A DNA stretch of 63,927 nucleotides, filler included, from Basidiobolus ranarum (lineage: Eukaryota), in assembly GCA_040143965.1 (NCBI GenBank). It is 36 parts of 36 records of this genome, joined end to end, with 100 filler letters (N's around TTAATTAATTAA, not from the genome) between each part and the next. Parts side by side here need not be neighbours in the genome. Positions count along the whole stretch, not along the records: positions 51,625 to 53,297 come from JASJQH010004581.1; positions 53,398 to 55,069 come from JASJQH010004582.1; positions 55,170 to 56,841 come from JASJQH010004583.1; positions 56,942 to 58,613 come from JASJQH010004584.1; positions 58,714 to 60,385 come from JASJQH010004585.1; positions 60,486 to 62,156 come from JASJQH010004586.1; positions 62,257 to 63,927 come from JASJQH010004587.1; 29 more parts are not named here. The stretch is one strand, 5' to 3'. Below, one piece after another: positions 51,732 through 63,665 of this stretch. Under the pieces are notes generated by a model that was given only the letters and a program-made list of their open reading frames with translations, was not told the DNA's origin and searched no databases. Each line of letters opens with the position of its first letter. Within the stretch, counting starts at the first letter, position 1. The position numbers and the translations under genes are program-made.

Positions 51732-52225
51732 TTAGCCATAATTAACCTGATGACCAATGTAATCAAGTTCAGAGGATGTAAATACAGTGTTAAGGGGCAA
51801 AGATGGTAAGCAGAAAGGAAGGTACTCAGTACAAACCAGATGGACAATGGGACAAAAACCTGGAATAATGGGAATTAAGAAAGGTGTCTTGGATGCAAGG
51901 TATTGCTTCCATAGGTCTAGCTGGAAGTCTATAGCAACAATTTTTGGCTGTTTTGTTTCATGCAGCTGTAAAGCTAACTGAGAAACAAGAGTATCATCTT
52001 GTATCAATTTCCTGCATGATAGTGCATTTGAAGAAGATGTGGCTAGCAACTTCTTAATCAGTGGATTTCTGCAGTCATTTAGTAGGAGTAGAGATCTTGC
52101 CCTGAGTAAAACTACTCTAATATGATATGGGAAGAATCCAAAAGTTCCATTCAGAGCATGATCATAGGGAGTCTCAGGCAAGTCAGGCATCAGCAGCCTG
52201 AGGCAGTAGCTGATGAATCTATCAA
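51732..52225 (-). pseudogene. Probable non-LTR retrotransposon ORF C-terminal remnant
   Basis: About 165 aa open; its YLPFCLPSLPLNTVF resembles FLPLLLPPTPLNSVL in the adjacent repeated 3' ends. No RT motif visible. Confidence 0.4.
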
Positions 52226-53283
52226 GGGTTAGGGGGGAGACAGTCACCCAAAGGTGAAATCTTTATTTCAAACAAAACAAAGAAGCCATAACTACTTTTG
52301 TAGTTTCTTAACTAATGTATGGAGATCAGGAGTATTTGTATGAATGTTGCAAAGCAGAAAAGTTAAGTCAGTAGAATCTAAGACACTGTTAAGTGGAGTG
52401 GGAGGGAGTAACAAAGGTAAAAATGGTAGGGGGATGATAAACACTAGAAGGTGTAATACTTATTTATCAATTTAAACAAAGTCAATAAATAAATAAGCCA
52501 AGTTAGAATATAGGGTTAGGGGGGAGACAGTCACCAGAAGGTGAAATCTGTTAAAGTATTTGGGAGCCTGTTGGAAGTGGTTTGGAGAATTAGAGGAATT
52601 GGTGGTTTTCACTTATTGATTTATTGAGTAGAAAGTTGACATTTATAGTTTTGTCAAGATGTAAACAAACTAACATGTAGAATATGTTAAGGAAGGTCCC
52701 AGGAGCATGTGTGCACAGTTTGGGGCTTCTAGCACAAGTTTGAAAAATCTATATATCTGAGAACTTCTGAGTTGGTAAAAATATTTGAAGTAAATTCCAA
52801 TTGAGAATAATTGATAATATCTTAGTGAATTATAAGATAACTAAGTACTAAGCTATATATGACTATATAGGTGTTTAGGCAATGCTAATTTCAACACTCT
52901 CCCTCAACTAAATAGTCATATAAACTAATCCTAATAAAGGTCTAAATTTCTCAAATTTCTGTCTAGCTAATGATTTGGTTAATATACCAGCAATCATGTC
53001 TTCTGTAGAACAATAAGTTAAGTCAATAAACTTATTCTCAATAGTCTCTCTAATGAACTGATGCTTAATATCTATGTGTTTGGGTTAGGGGGGAGACAGT
53101 CACCCAAAGGTGAAATCTTTATTTCAAGCAAAACAAAGAAGCCATAACTACTTTTGTAGTTTCTTATCTACTGTATGGAGATCAGCAGTATTTGTATGAA
53201 TGTTGCAAAGCAGAAAAGTTAAGTCAGTAGAATCTAAGACACTGTTAAGTGGAGTGGGAGGGAGTAACAAAGGTAAAAATGGT
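52226..53283 (-). repeat. Three 5'-truncated copies of a 3' end terminating ...GACTGTCTCCCCCCTAACCC (52226-about 52460, 52513-52548, 53082-53283), interleaved with Copia LTR-B (52549-52896) and RNase H
   Basis: Near-identical GGGTTAGGGGGGAGACAGTCACC boundary three times on the plus strand; AATAAA upstream on the minus strand. Confidence 0.75.
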
Positions 53284-53397
53284 TTGTCAACCATGGANNN
53301 NNNNNNNNNNNNNNNNNNNNNNNNNNNNNNNNNNNNNNNNNTTAATTAATTAANNNNNNNNNNNNNNNNNNNNNNNNNNNNNNNNNNNNNNNNNNNN

Positions 53398-54188
53398 CCA
53401 CCAAGGTAATATACAACCTTCACGATGGCAGCGAAGAAAATAACTGCAGGTAAGACGGTAAAGACAAAAATACCGATGTCGGCGATATCGTCACTGGTTA
53501 CAAATGCCAAGCCAGATTTAGAGAAATGGAGAAGAGTGGAGCACATGTTTGATACCCAGCTGAAAATATCGTATCCGACAGATGTCTTGAGGATAAACAA
53601 ACCGAGGAGGAATTGTAACAGCACACCAACAACAACAGTTCTCCAAGGAATACCTTTGCGATTGTCGGATGTTGCATATAGTAGCACAATAAATACAACG
53701 AGACCAAGGAGTGATCTTAGTCTGTCTAAACGACTGCTATGTCCCTCTTGAACAGGAAGAGCAAGAGTAACAGATACAATCAAGGCAACTGGAAGTAGGA
53801 CACCCAAGATGAGACGGATTCTTTCGGGAATCACCGACACGACTTTCATGATTGTACCAAAAAGCATTCCCAAAGGCTTGGAAAGCACTCTGGTAGTCAC
53901 GTGGTAAAACATGAGCTTTAATGAAACAAAAGCCCAAAGCAACGAAAGGACCAAGGTGTCCTTTCCGTGCAATACCCAGGCTCCTATCATCATCCCGGTA
54001 ATGATCAAGAACATGAGGAGATGGAACCATAAGCGATAGCGACGGTAAAATGTCGGCGGTAGATCATCTAGTGAGGTGTCAACCTCTTTCTTTTCCTCGG
54101 GATAAGAGTCTTTTGCACTTACAGGGAGAAAAGAGGTAGGATGAGACTCAGAAGCCCTGGGAGCTTCGATGGTGTTGTCCACAGTCAT
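53398..54188 (-). CDS. Concentrative H+/Na+ nucleoside cotransporter (CNT/SLC28), 5' part
   Basis: IPWRTVVVGVLLQFLLGLFILKT.VGYDIF, FVFTVLPAVIFFAAIV.V.YYLG; truncated by the contig end. Confidence 0.93.
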
Positions 54189-54856
54189 TAGGAAGTAGTA
54201 GTTGAAGAAGTAGATAGTATGGATAGTTACTTGGAGCACAATACTTTTATACAAATAGCTGTGTTGGTCTCGACATGGCGAATCGGAACTATAGTGATGA
54301 TTGCCATTTTTAGAATCAATTAAGAATATTTACCATTCCAAAAAAGATTTGCGTATATAGCTATTATTAGTATTTATGGTTTGGTTGGATACTTGGATAG
54401 GAGAATTAAAAGGACAGACTTGGACTATGCTCAAGGCGACGGAACAAACACCGTGTTCTCAAACCTTGGCTACCACGTTGGTCAATCCCTTGGTTAATAC
54501 CTGAGTAAGTAGGGAACAGGGCTCTAGCAAAAACCCTGAACACGTTAGATTACCATTTATAGTCAAATTGGCAAGTCAATGTTGGTAAAATGGAAATACT
54601 TAATATATATCCATATTAAGCAGTTTCTCCTTGATTTCGAACAGTTTGTGGCAGAAAGCTTAAAAAGGTCACTATGCGCACATATTAAAGATGAATCCAA
54701 GCGGTAATATTGTGTGGAGCTCAGACGAGTCCAAGCAGTAATATTGTGTGGAGTAAAGATGAATCCAAACAGTATTTGCGTCCAATCATCTGTGGATTTC
54801 TAACTCTAATATCCATGACATTAGATTTGGCATAATTGCGATGATACCAAATGATC

Positions 54857-55069
54857 AACAGACTTGATGCTATTGTCTTTGATAAGACTGGAACTTTGAC
54901 TATTGGTAAGCCTATCGTCAATGGAGTCAGAATGTACTTGAGTAGTGAGCATATTACCCGTGATTCTAAAACAGCTACCTTTGATTCCGAAAAGAAAGAG
55001 GATCATACGAAGACCTTAATCCTCTCGGACGCGGAACGTTTCTTATGCGAGTTAGTGCATAAACTCGAG
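54857..55069 (+). pseudogene. P-type ATPase (P1B heavy-metal-like) phosphorylation-domain fragment
   Basis: LDAIVFDKTGTLTIGKPIV; no room upstream for the N-terminal half. Confidence 0.65.
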
Positions 55070-55278
55070 NNNNNNNNNNNNNNNNNNNNNNNNNNNNNNN
55101 NNNNNNNNNNNNNTTAATTAATTAANNNNNNNNNNNNNNNNNNNNNNNNNNNNNNNNNNNNNNNNNNNNAAGTAAATTCCGATTGAGAATAATTGATAAT
55201 ATCTTAGTGAATTACAAGATAACTAAGTACTAAGCTATATATGACTATATAGGTGCTTAGGCAATGCTAATTTCAACA

Positions 55279-56617
55279 AAGACAATATACTAGTGATCCA
55301 AGATCTTGTATTTCATACTTGGTAGATAGCCAGATCATAGGTTGTTTCAACAGATTTGAGCAATTACTAACTATTATATCATCAACACAGAGTCTCATTA
55401 TAACTTGGTGACTTGGATAGTTTTGAAGTATATGCAGTGATCAGCTTTGCTATGATGGAAAGGATGTTTTGTAAAGATTTGATTGATTTTGGTATTCCAT
55501 GTGCAAGGAGACTGTTTCAGACCATATTGACTTCTGTATAGTTTATATATTGGATGTTCTTTTCCTTTTGCAATATATCCCTCTGGTTGATCCATATGTA
55601 GATCTTCATCAGTTTCTCCATTAAGAAATGCTGTCTTAGCATCCATTTGTTCAATCAGCTCTCCTTGGTGAGTAGCAATAGCTTAGATGACTCTAATTGA
55701 GGTAAACTTAGTAACAGGAGGAAATGTTTCATCATAGTCAATGTCATGATTCTGAACATAGCCATTTATTACTAGTCTTGCTTTTTACTGGTTGATAGAT
55801 CCATCTGAGTTAAGTTTCAGTTTCAGCACCCATCTCTAACCAATTTTTTTCCTTCCAGCAGATAAGTCCACAAGGATCCATGTGTTGTTCATGATCAGGG
55901 AGTGAATTTCTTCATCAGTGGCTTTTCTCCATTCTGTCACTTCATCAGATTTCAGTGCCTGTGTCAAATTTCCTGATTCCTGATTGGCTGGAAAAATATC
56001 CATTTTCTGATTATCATCTTTTTTATTGGTAGCGATAATATGCTGATTTCCAAAAGCTGATTCTAAATTATTAGTATCCTCTGAGTAATTATCAAGTTTC
56101 CTGGTACAAATTGGTGCATTCACAGTGTTGTCTAATGTTTCACTACTTGTATAGCTGCTTGATTCCAGAATGTCATATAATAGTTTCTTCTGCTTGGTTT
56201 CAGTACTCATAGAGAAGTTTGAGACAGGATTATTGCTTGTTGGATTTCTGTTAGGAATATTTACTACAGGGATTGGTAATGATTTGAGCTTTGTCACATA
56301 TTCATTGGTGGCTGATGTTTTAGACCATGTCCCAGATGTGACATTTTCTTAATTTGGATATGGTTGATAGATGGTTTCAGATTCCAAATTTGGCCTAATT
56401 CCAGTGTCTACTTCCAATAAATCATTTTCCAAGTTGGTTTCAGTACTTGTTAACTCAAGATTGGTTTCAGAATTTGAGTTATAGAGAAATTGATTTTTAG
56501 CCAAAATCAAGTTCCCTTGATTGGAAGATATAAGGTTTTCTTGAATGAATACAGTATCTTTGGAGTTGATGATTTGATCTGTGCCAGCAATTAGGAGATG
56601 ATTGCCTTTGTTCTAAT
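55279..56617 (-). pseudogene. Copia integrase-linker-RT remnant flanked by LTR-B insertions
   Basis: W..A.DEEI.SL..NNTW.LV, KARLV.NGY.Q, QMDAKTAFLNG, YGLKQSP..W. Confidence 0.9.
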
Positions 56618-56941
56618 TGTTGAAATTAGCATTGCCTAAACACCTATATAGTCATATATAGCTTAGTACTTAGTGATCTTATAATTCACTAAGATATTAT
56701 CAATTATCCTCAATTGGAATTTACTTAGAGTATTTTTACCAACTTAGAAGTTCTCAGATATATAGATTTTTCAAACTTGTGCTAGAAGCCCCAAACTTTG
56801 CACACATGTTCCTGGGACCTTCCTTAACATATTCTACATGTNNNNNNNNNNNNNNNNNNNNNNNNNNNNNNNNNNNNNNNNNNNNTTAATTAATTAANNN
56901 NNNNNNNNNNNNNNNNNNNNNNNNNNNNNNNNNNNNNNNNN

Positions 56942-58146
56942 GCGGGGTCAAGAAGGCCCATGTTTTGAGGACTATAATAATTAGGGAGTATTATATGAAC
57001 ACCAGCACTGGGAGCAACAATCTCCGCTTGTCTAGGCTCGTCCATTTGACGAAGGCCATCAGTGAAGGGACCAGTGGCATTGATAACGCCTTTGGCCCTA
57101 ACAGTCCACTCTTCGCCAGTAAAGGCGTCTCTAACTACAGCACCACGGACTACCTCTTTAGTTTTATCATCAGGAGAAATTTCCTTAATCAGGCTGACAA
57201 CTTCAACATGATTTGCTACGACAGCACCATACGCAACGGCTGTAAGGGCAATGGCCACGTTCATTCGAGAATCATTGTGTTGACCGTCGTAATAGACCAG
57301 GGCTCCAACCAAGTTCTCTTCTTTGAGCATTGGAAAGGCCTCCAATGCCTTGCTTTTACTCAAAATATAACTACTTTCTAGTTTCTCTTTCCCGGCAAAG
57401 AGATCATAGAACTTACATCCCACCCAATAATAAGGTAGTTGCCACCATCTGGAAACAGGTAGCATGTCATAAATAAATGTATTCCATGTGAAAGTACTCT
57501 AAATAGTGAAAAAAAACTCACTTGTAGACCGGCAACATAATAGGAAGTTGATAACTTAAATAAGGGGCGATCTTCAGGAATGTTGCTCTTTCATGAAGCG
57601 CTTCGGTTACAAGTTTGTATTGTTCATAATCAAGTTCCATAAACGCTTTTTCAAGATAACGTACACCTCCATGAACCAACTTGGTAGATCTAGAGGAAGT
57701 GCCTGAAGAAAAATTCATTTAGCTAAGTTGTTTTGAGAGTAATAGAAAGGAAAAATGGTACCTGAAGCGAAATCATCACGCTCCACCAAAGCAACTTTTA
57801 GTCCTCTGGTAGCAGCGTCTAATGCAACGCCAGTTCCAGTAGCCCCACCACCGACGATTAGTAAATCAAAAGGCGGCTCGCTTTGTTCAACTCTTGGCCG
57901 TTCAGACCCATCCTTTCGGAGTCCCTTCAGTTGATTGATAACTTGTTGACGATTAGGGGGAGACCAGAAGTTTTTAGGTCTATTGGGGTCGATGTCATCC
58001 AAAGCTTGTGGCTGAGCATCGGCATAAGCCTGCGACAGGAAAGGAGGTCTAGATTGTCGTTGGTTAAGATAATAATAAGAAGTGGCAACACCTGTGGCTA
58101 CAAGAGAGCTGCAAAGGTAAGGTTTGCTTCTTAAACGAGCCCACAT
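56942..58146 (-). CDS. GUT2: Mitochondrial FAD-dependent glycerol-3-phosphate dehydrogenase, exons 58146-57762, 57702-57522, 57448-<56942
   Basis: [70 protein letters not shown] introns of 59 and 73 nt. Confidence 0.96.
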
Positions 58147-58781
58147 GAACTACAGGATCCAATGAAAAGGGTATGTGAAAAAGTATATGACTGAGGGTCT
58201 GTATGATCATATTTATATATGATTTGGTCAATCCACCTCAATGTCTAGAAAGGGATGACCTACTATCACTGGCACACGTTGCACGTGAATAAGACTGGGA
58301 ATCTCAGCAAAGAAGGGATATTTGTGTGTATCTCTGTATATTTCCAAAATGAGAACTATGCAGATTCTACGTGCTATCAAGAGCAAATTACGGGGATCTT
58401 GAAACCATTGTAGCATTGAGGTTGATTGCTACCCGGTAGCAAAGCAAATACGCCATGGCACACGGCCCTAAGGCAATTTCAAAAGGCGCCAGATCTCCAG
58501 CGCACTCATAGTTAGACTTGAATACTAATTGGAATAGAGAAGGTGGTTTTGAAACTAATGAAAAAGAAAAACTGAGGAGACTAACGAGTATAGGTGACGC
58601 TGTGCCTAAATATNNNNNNNNNNNNNNNNNNNNNNNNNNNNNNNNNNNNNNNNNNNNTTAATTAATTAANNNNNNNNNNNNNNNNNNNNNNNNNNNNNNN
58701 NNNNNNNNNNNNNACAGGGATTGGTAATGATTTGAGCTTTGTCATATATTCATTGGTGGATGATGTTTTAGACCTTGTCCC

Positions 58782-59266
58782 ATGGATAAAGGAGTACTAC
58801 CATATTTATCTGGAATATCGGGAAATGCCCCATAGCTCAGTAAAAGTACAACTGTGCGCATACAACCATTGGCGCAAGCATAGTGTAAAGGTGTACTACC
58901 GTTTCCTGTAGCATTGCTCCCTACTCCACAATCAGCTGACTCTCCACTATAACGACGAGAAAATCTATCCGGAGTAAGAATAAGTCTAAGTGACGTAAAG
59001 AAAATTAGCAATGTCATTTACCTTCTAGCATTGACATCAGCGCCTCTGTCAATTAGATATTTAACTACAGCAGGGTTACCGCTACAACAAGCAGCGTGAA
59101 TAGGGAGAACACCATTCACTACTGAATTTATGCTTTGACCATGGTCTAAAGCAAATTTGACCAGTCCTAAGTTACCACTAGCTGCGCCAGAGTGAAGGCC
59201 CAAATTGAGAAAAGGCTTGGTTTTCGGTTTGTTTGGTTTAAATACAGGTTTGCTGAGTTTGTTCAT
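58782..59266 (-). CDS. Ankyrin-repeat protein, 5' part (intron about 58965-59021)
   Basis: LHSGAASGNLGLVKFAL, PIHAACCSGNPAVVKYLIDRGADVNA, TPLHYACANG. Confidence 0.88.
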
Positions 59267-60594
59267 TTCAAAATGTGTGAACAACAGATATTTGAGGTAT
59301 AAAAAGAGATAAAGAGAAGGGAAGAAACAAAACAGGTGGTTAAGAGGAAACGAATCAACACGAAAGAGTAGTCAAAAAAAGATATCTGAATGGGATAGTT
59401 GAGAAATTTATGGCAGTCCTAATAAAATGATCTTATTTCATTTTTCTATAAACTGGTTTTCCCAACCCAATATGTATTTATCAGTAAGATAAATCGATGC
59501 AGATCGACTATTGTGCGAACCGATTAATTGTGATTTTCATATATGGTCTAGAACTGGGCTGTTGCATCATGTGATGATCAGGTAGTTCTATTTCCAGATA
59601 CGGGCTTGGCATATTTAGTGGCAGCTTAAAAAAGCGTCAGCCCCATCAATTGATCACATCACATCTCAACTCAATCAAATCGACTAATGTGCGAACTTAA
59701 ACACACTTCCCAACAGGAACTCACTTTACCCCACTATAGACGCCAACTCTGTCCTCGAAAATGTTTTCATCTACGCTAACAATATTAATGTAATGGTGAG
59801 GCACTGCAAAAGGCTGTGTGTGATAATAGGATTCAGTTAACTAGGAATTGTGGATAATCTTGTGAGCATCATTATAGCTAATTTTGTATTCATATTGTAT
59901 TACAAATCGCTTTACGAGTCACTATTTCTACATACAGGCGGCTATCTTTTGAATCAAGTGGAGGTTACTCAGCAAAAAATTGAAAGTAGAGAGTTGAGTA
60001 AGGCAATCGAGCATTAGTGTTCAATATTCTTGAGTAATGCAATCGAGCTCGCCTCCGATTGTCGGGGTGATGAGATATCGGAAGACGAATAAATATCGAG
60101 AAAATCTCAGGCGATATGCTTTATACAGTTTCACATGGTTTTGCACAACAACGCTAGATCTACATTGAGTGATGACGTTGAGCAGGAGTAGTATATATAG
60201 TTGTAATACTTTTTTTTAGTAGGATATATGGATGAGCTCACCTATTTAAGTGGGCATTCGCAATGCGATCCAGTCATAAAGCGATCTTTCTGTCTGAGTG
60301 TGCCTTCTTGTCTTCACATGAAATTCATTTACCATTCTTTCGTCATTACTCCCCCCTTTTTTGGTTCCTGCCACTAGTATATATTNNNNNNNNNNNNNNN
60401 NNNNNNNNNNNNNNNNNNNNNNNNNNNNNTTAATTAATTAANNNNNNNNNNNNNNNNNNNNNNNNNNNNNNNNNNNNNNNNNNNNTTGACAAAACTATAA
60501 ATGTCAACTTTCTACTCAATAAATCAATAGGTGAAAACCACCAATTCCTCTAATTCTCCAAACCACTTCCAACAGGCTCCCAAATACTTTAACA

Positions 60595-62156
60595 AATGGT
60601 CCAACACATATTCTGCTCTGCTAGATTGTCATGGTGATGTTCATGTGTCTGGTGTGGGATTGATTGAAGTACTGTATGAGAATGGACAGAGGGAGAAGCA
60701 TGTTGCTGCAGCTCAAGTACAGTATTCTGAAGGGCTTGTATCACTGTTGAGTGACTCTCTAACTGTTGACTAGTTGCTTCTGAATGCTGCATCAATTGCG
60801 GTATTGCAGCATTATTACTTGTCATGGCCTGTATAGCAACTCTGTAGTTTTTACTTATGATTGCATACAAATCATTACAGTGTTCTGCCTGTGATTCCTG
60901 TGCTGTAATGATTCTATCCAAATTTTCTACAGAGGGTTGTTCAATAGTGGGCAAAGTAGCCATTTTGGAAGTTGATGGTCTTGATGGTGTTATGGTTTTA
61001 CTTTGCTCAACTATTGATTTACTATGTAATTGGGGATTACAATTTCTTCACTTGCAATGTTTCTGGAAAGGAACGCATCTAGTAAATTGATTAATGCTTC
61101 ATCATTACTTCAGTGAGTTTCTGGCATTTTAATGCCTTCCAAAGTAGATAGTGGAGCATTAGACTGCTCATCAATTAAGTCCTCTGTTCTTGCTGGTTTT
61201 TTCCATGTGTGCCGGCAGGCTTTGGCTTGGAAGCCAATTTTAATTTAGATTTTGAATGCTTTTTGAATGGCATCAAAATTTTTGGATGGTAAACTTGGTG
61301 TAATGAAATTGTTTAGAAACAGCTTATAACAAACCAAAGTTGCCATCCATTAATGGAAATATCTTGTAAATCCCTTGATGACTCATCAGTGACACCGTCT
61401 CAGAATCAGCTAATGATGTTGATGGTCTATATCTAAAACGCCACCCTTACATAGGGGGTGTTCTTTTTCTACAATATCCTGGTTATGCTGCAACACAAAC
61501 ACTTAAAGAAGCCCTGCAATTATTGTCACAAATTCTTGTGCTATGAAGCTGGAAGTTTCATAGAAAAATAATCACAAGCATTGTCACTGTACAAAGCCAC
61601 CAGCTGCACAAAGCCTGGTTTATAACAACAGTAATAGGTGCACTAAATGGACTTTAGTTTTGCCCATTGAGTCAACTGATTGTACTTTGCCTCAAAGTTT
61701 TGTTAACACTGCCAAAAGTAAAGATACAATGGAGTTACCACAGTTATATGACCAGAATGATATAGGTATAAATGCAACTTTGGTCAAACCAGTAAGTCCG
61801 GACAACTTTGAGGACTTGCTGCTAGAAGTTGACCTTGGTTATTCCAGTACCAATGGTAGTATATCAGAAGTTGAAGAAGAGTACAACAGTTTTGTTACAG
61901 AATCTTTGTTATTGGCAAACATCAGTCAACTGATAACACTGGCTGTAAAGGAAGCAGCTTTGAATATTAAGGAGTGGAGAGTTCAATCCAATATTAGCAA
62001 ACAGATGTTTATTGATTTTCTTACACTTTACCACAGTTGATTGGCAACTGTTACTTGCACAGACCTGGTACAAGTGGAAAACTCTCATCCACTGTATGAC
62101 TTATAATCCTTCAGTAATTAAACTACCTTCATGTCCAAATGATTGTTTGGCTTTCA
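60595..62156 (+). mobile_element. CACTA-type element centre: ORF2 5' half (-, from about 61273) and transposase 5' part (+, from about 61486)
   Basis: ORF 60589-60963(-) and ORFs 61660-62212(+); LTR-B end at 60486-60594. Confidence 0.85.
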
Positions 62157-62619
62157 NNNNNNNNNNNNNNNNNNNNNNNNNNNNNNNNNNNNNNNNNNNN
62201 TTAATTAATTAANNNNNNNNNNNNNNNNNNNNNNNNNNNNNNNNNNNNNNNNNNNNAAGAACCTGAGGCAGTGGCTCTTGTTGGAGCTGGAAAGCATAGC
62301 TTTGGCAAGTACAAAGGTTACAAAAGAAGGAAACCAGGTTTATGCTATGATTGTAACAAACCAGGACACCAGATAAAAGATTGCAAATCAAGAAATTACA
62401 ACAAAAATGAGAAGTTGGAACAAGTAAATCAGGTTTCAACCAAAGAGGAAGTTTTATTCATTTCTGCCCTGTCAATGACCTCTGAACAAGACTATAAGTT
62501 GTGGTATATTGATTTTGGAGCCTCTCAAAATTTCTCTAATCAATAAAACTGGTTTAAGACACTCAAAACTGACATAAACAAGAAGATCTATATGGGAGAT
62601 GACTGGCCATTAGAAGCTC

Positions 62620-62997
62620 TGTTGAAGTTTATTGTCTTTATCATATTTATTATCTCTATCTTTATACACCTAACTATTTCATATATCACATACAAGTTAG
62701 TTAACATTACTTAGTCAAATATAACTTAGCTGAAAATCAGAACATATATTATATATATATGTGAATAATGTGAGAATTAGCAATTCCATACTGGAAATTT
62801 TAAACTCATCCAAATTACCCCAAAGATAGCTCATTTTACTCCCACAGATGTTCTGAACACAACCCCAGTTTTAGTTTTCTGTATTTCCACCAAAAAGTAC
62901 AAATGCTTTATTTCTGGACAATAAACAATTATCTCACAAAGCTATTCAAAACTCCACTTTTCTAAAGTTCCTCCAAACAGCCCATATTTTCCCAATA
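62620..62997 (+). repeat. Solo Copia LTR-C (378 bp), TSD AGCTC
   Basis: AGCTC-TGTTGAAG...CCCAATA-AGCTC. Confidence 0.93.
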
Positions 62998-63383
62998 AGC
63001 TCTGGGAGTGTGAGAAATTGAAGTGGATCTTGGGGACATCTCTGGGTACATGTGTTTGACACTGAAAAACATGCTATATGTGCCTGGGATAGCAAAAAAT
63101 TTGTTGTCAGTGAGTAAAGCTACATCTGAGAGATGTAGCATTAATTTTGATCAAAATGGCTGTACAATCTGGGATCAAAAAGGGAATTACGTAGCTTCTG
63201 GAGCCAAGCAAAATAACTGGTATACACTTCATTATGTTAGGCCAATATATGAACAAGTTAATACTGCTACAGCTGAAGAGATAGACAGGAATATCTGGCA
63301 TAGGAGATTGGGTCATCTAGGAGCTGAAAATATGAGAAATTTAATCAAAAACAAGATGGCTTTGGGACCAGATTTTGTAATTC

Positions 63384-63665
63384 TGTTGAAAGTCTGGTGA
63401 CTTGTGGTACAAGCAGTATTTCCCAAAGAGCAAAATATGGAGTATGGTGACTGCATCTGAACACAAAGTCTAAGGCCAATCAGTTGCTTGTATAGCTGAA
63501 ATGCCAAAGTACCATATATTGTTAGACTAGGTTAAGGTTCCCTAGCAATATAGGCAGAGCATACAAGGACTGGTAGCTCAGTGGTTGGAGCACCTTGCTA
63601 GAGTGAAGGAGGCCCCAGATTCAAATCCTGGCCAGACCAATATTTATCCTTAAATAATTTCAATA
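63384..63665 (+). repeat. Solo LTR (282 bp) with tRNA-like cassette, TSD AATTC
   Basis: AATTC-TGTTGAAA...TTTCAATA-AATTC; the empty site TTTGTAATTCCACCAG is seen at about 13266-13281. Confidence 0.92.
63567..63639 (+). ncRNA. tRNA-like sequence inside LTR (nominal anticodon AGA, short variable arm)
   Basis: GGACTGG-TA-GCTC AGTGGTTG GAGC-A-CCTTG CTAGAGT GAAGG-AGGCC-CCAGA TTCAAAT CCTGG-CCAGACC-A; 73 nt. Confidence 0.78.

Noticed and set aside
59300-60385. Long CpG-normal non-coding stretch upstream of the ankyrin gene
   Set aside because: No supported RNA structure or ORF; likely promoter or intergenic DNA.
1689-62256. Regularly spaced TTAATTAATTAA repeat with a period of about 1.78 kb (array- or CRISPR-like)
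   Set aside because: Embedded in fixed N runs between size-sorted contigs; it is an assembly linker. Cross-contig gene neighbourhoods were ignored for the same reason.
63567-63639. LTR tRNA as a functional tRNA-Ser(AGA) or amber suppressor (CTA in the loop)
   Set aside because: It lacks the long Ser variable arm and has anticodon- and acceptor-stem mismatches. CTA is not at positions 34-36. Treated as tRNA-like only.
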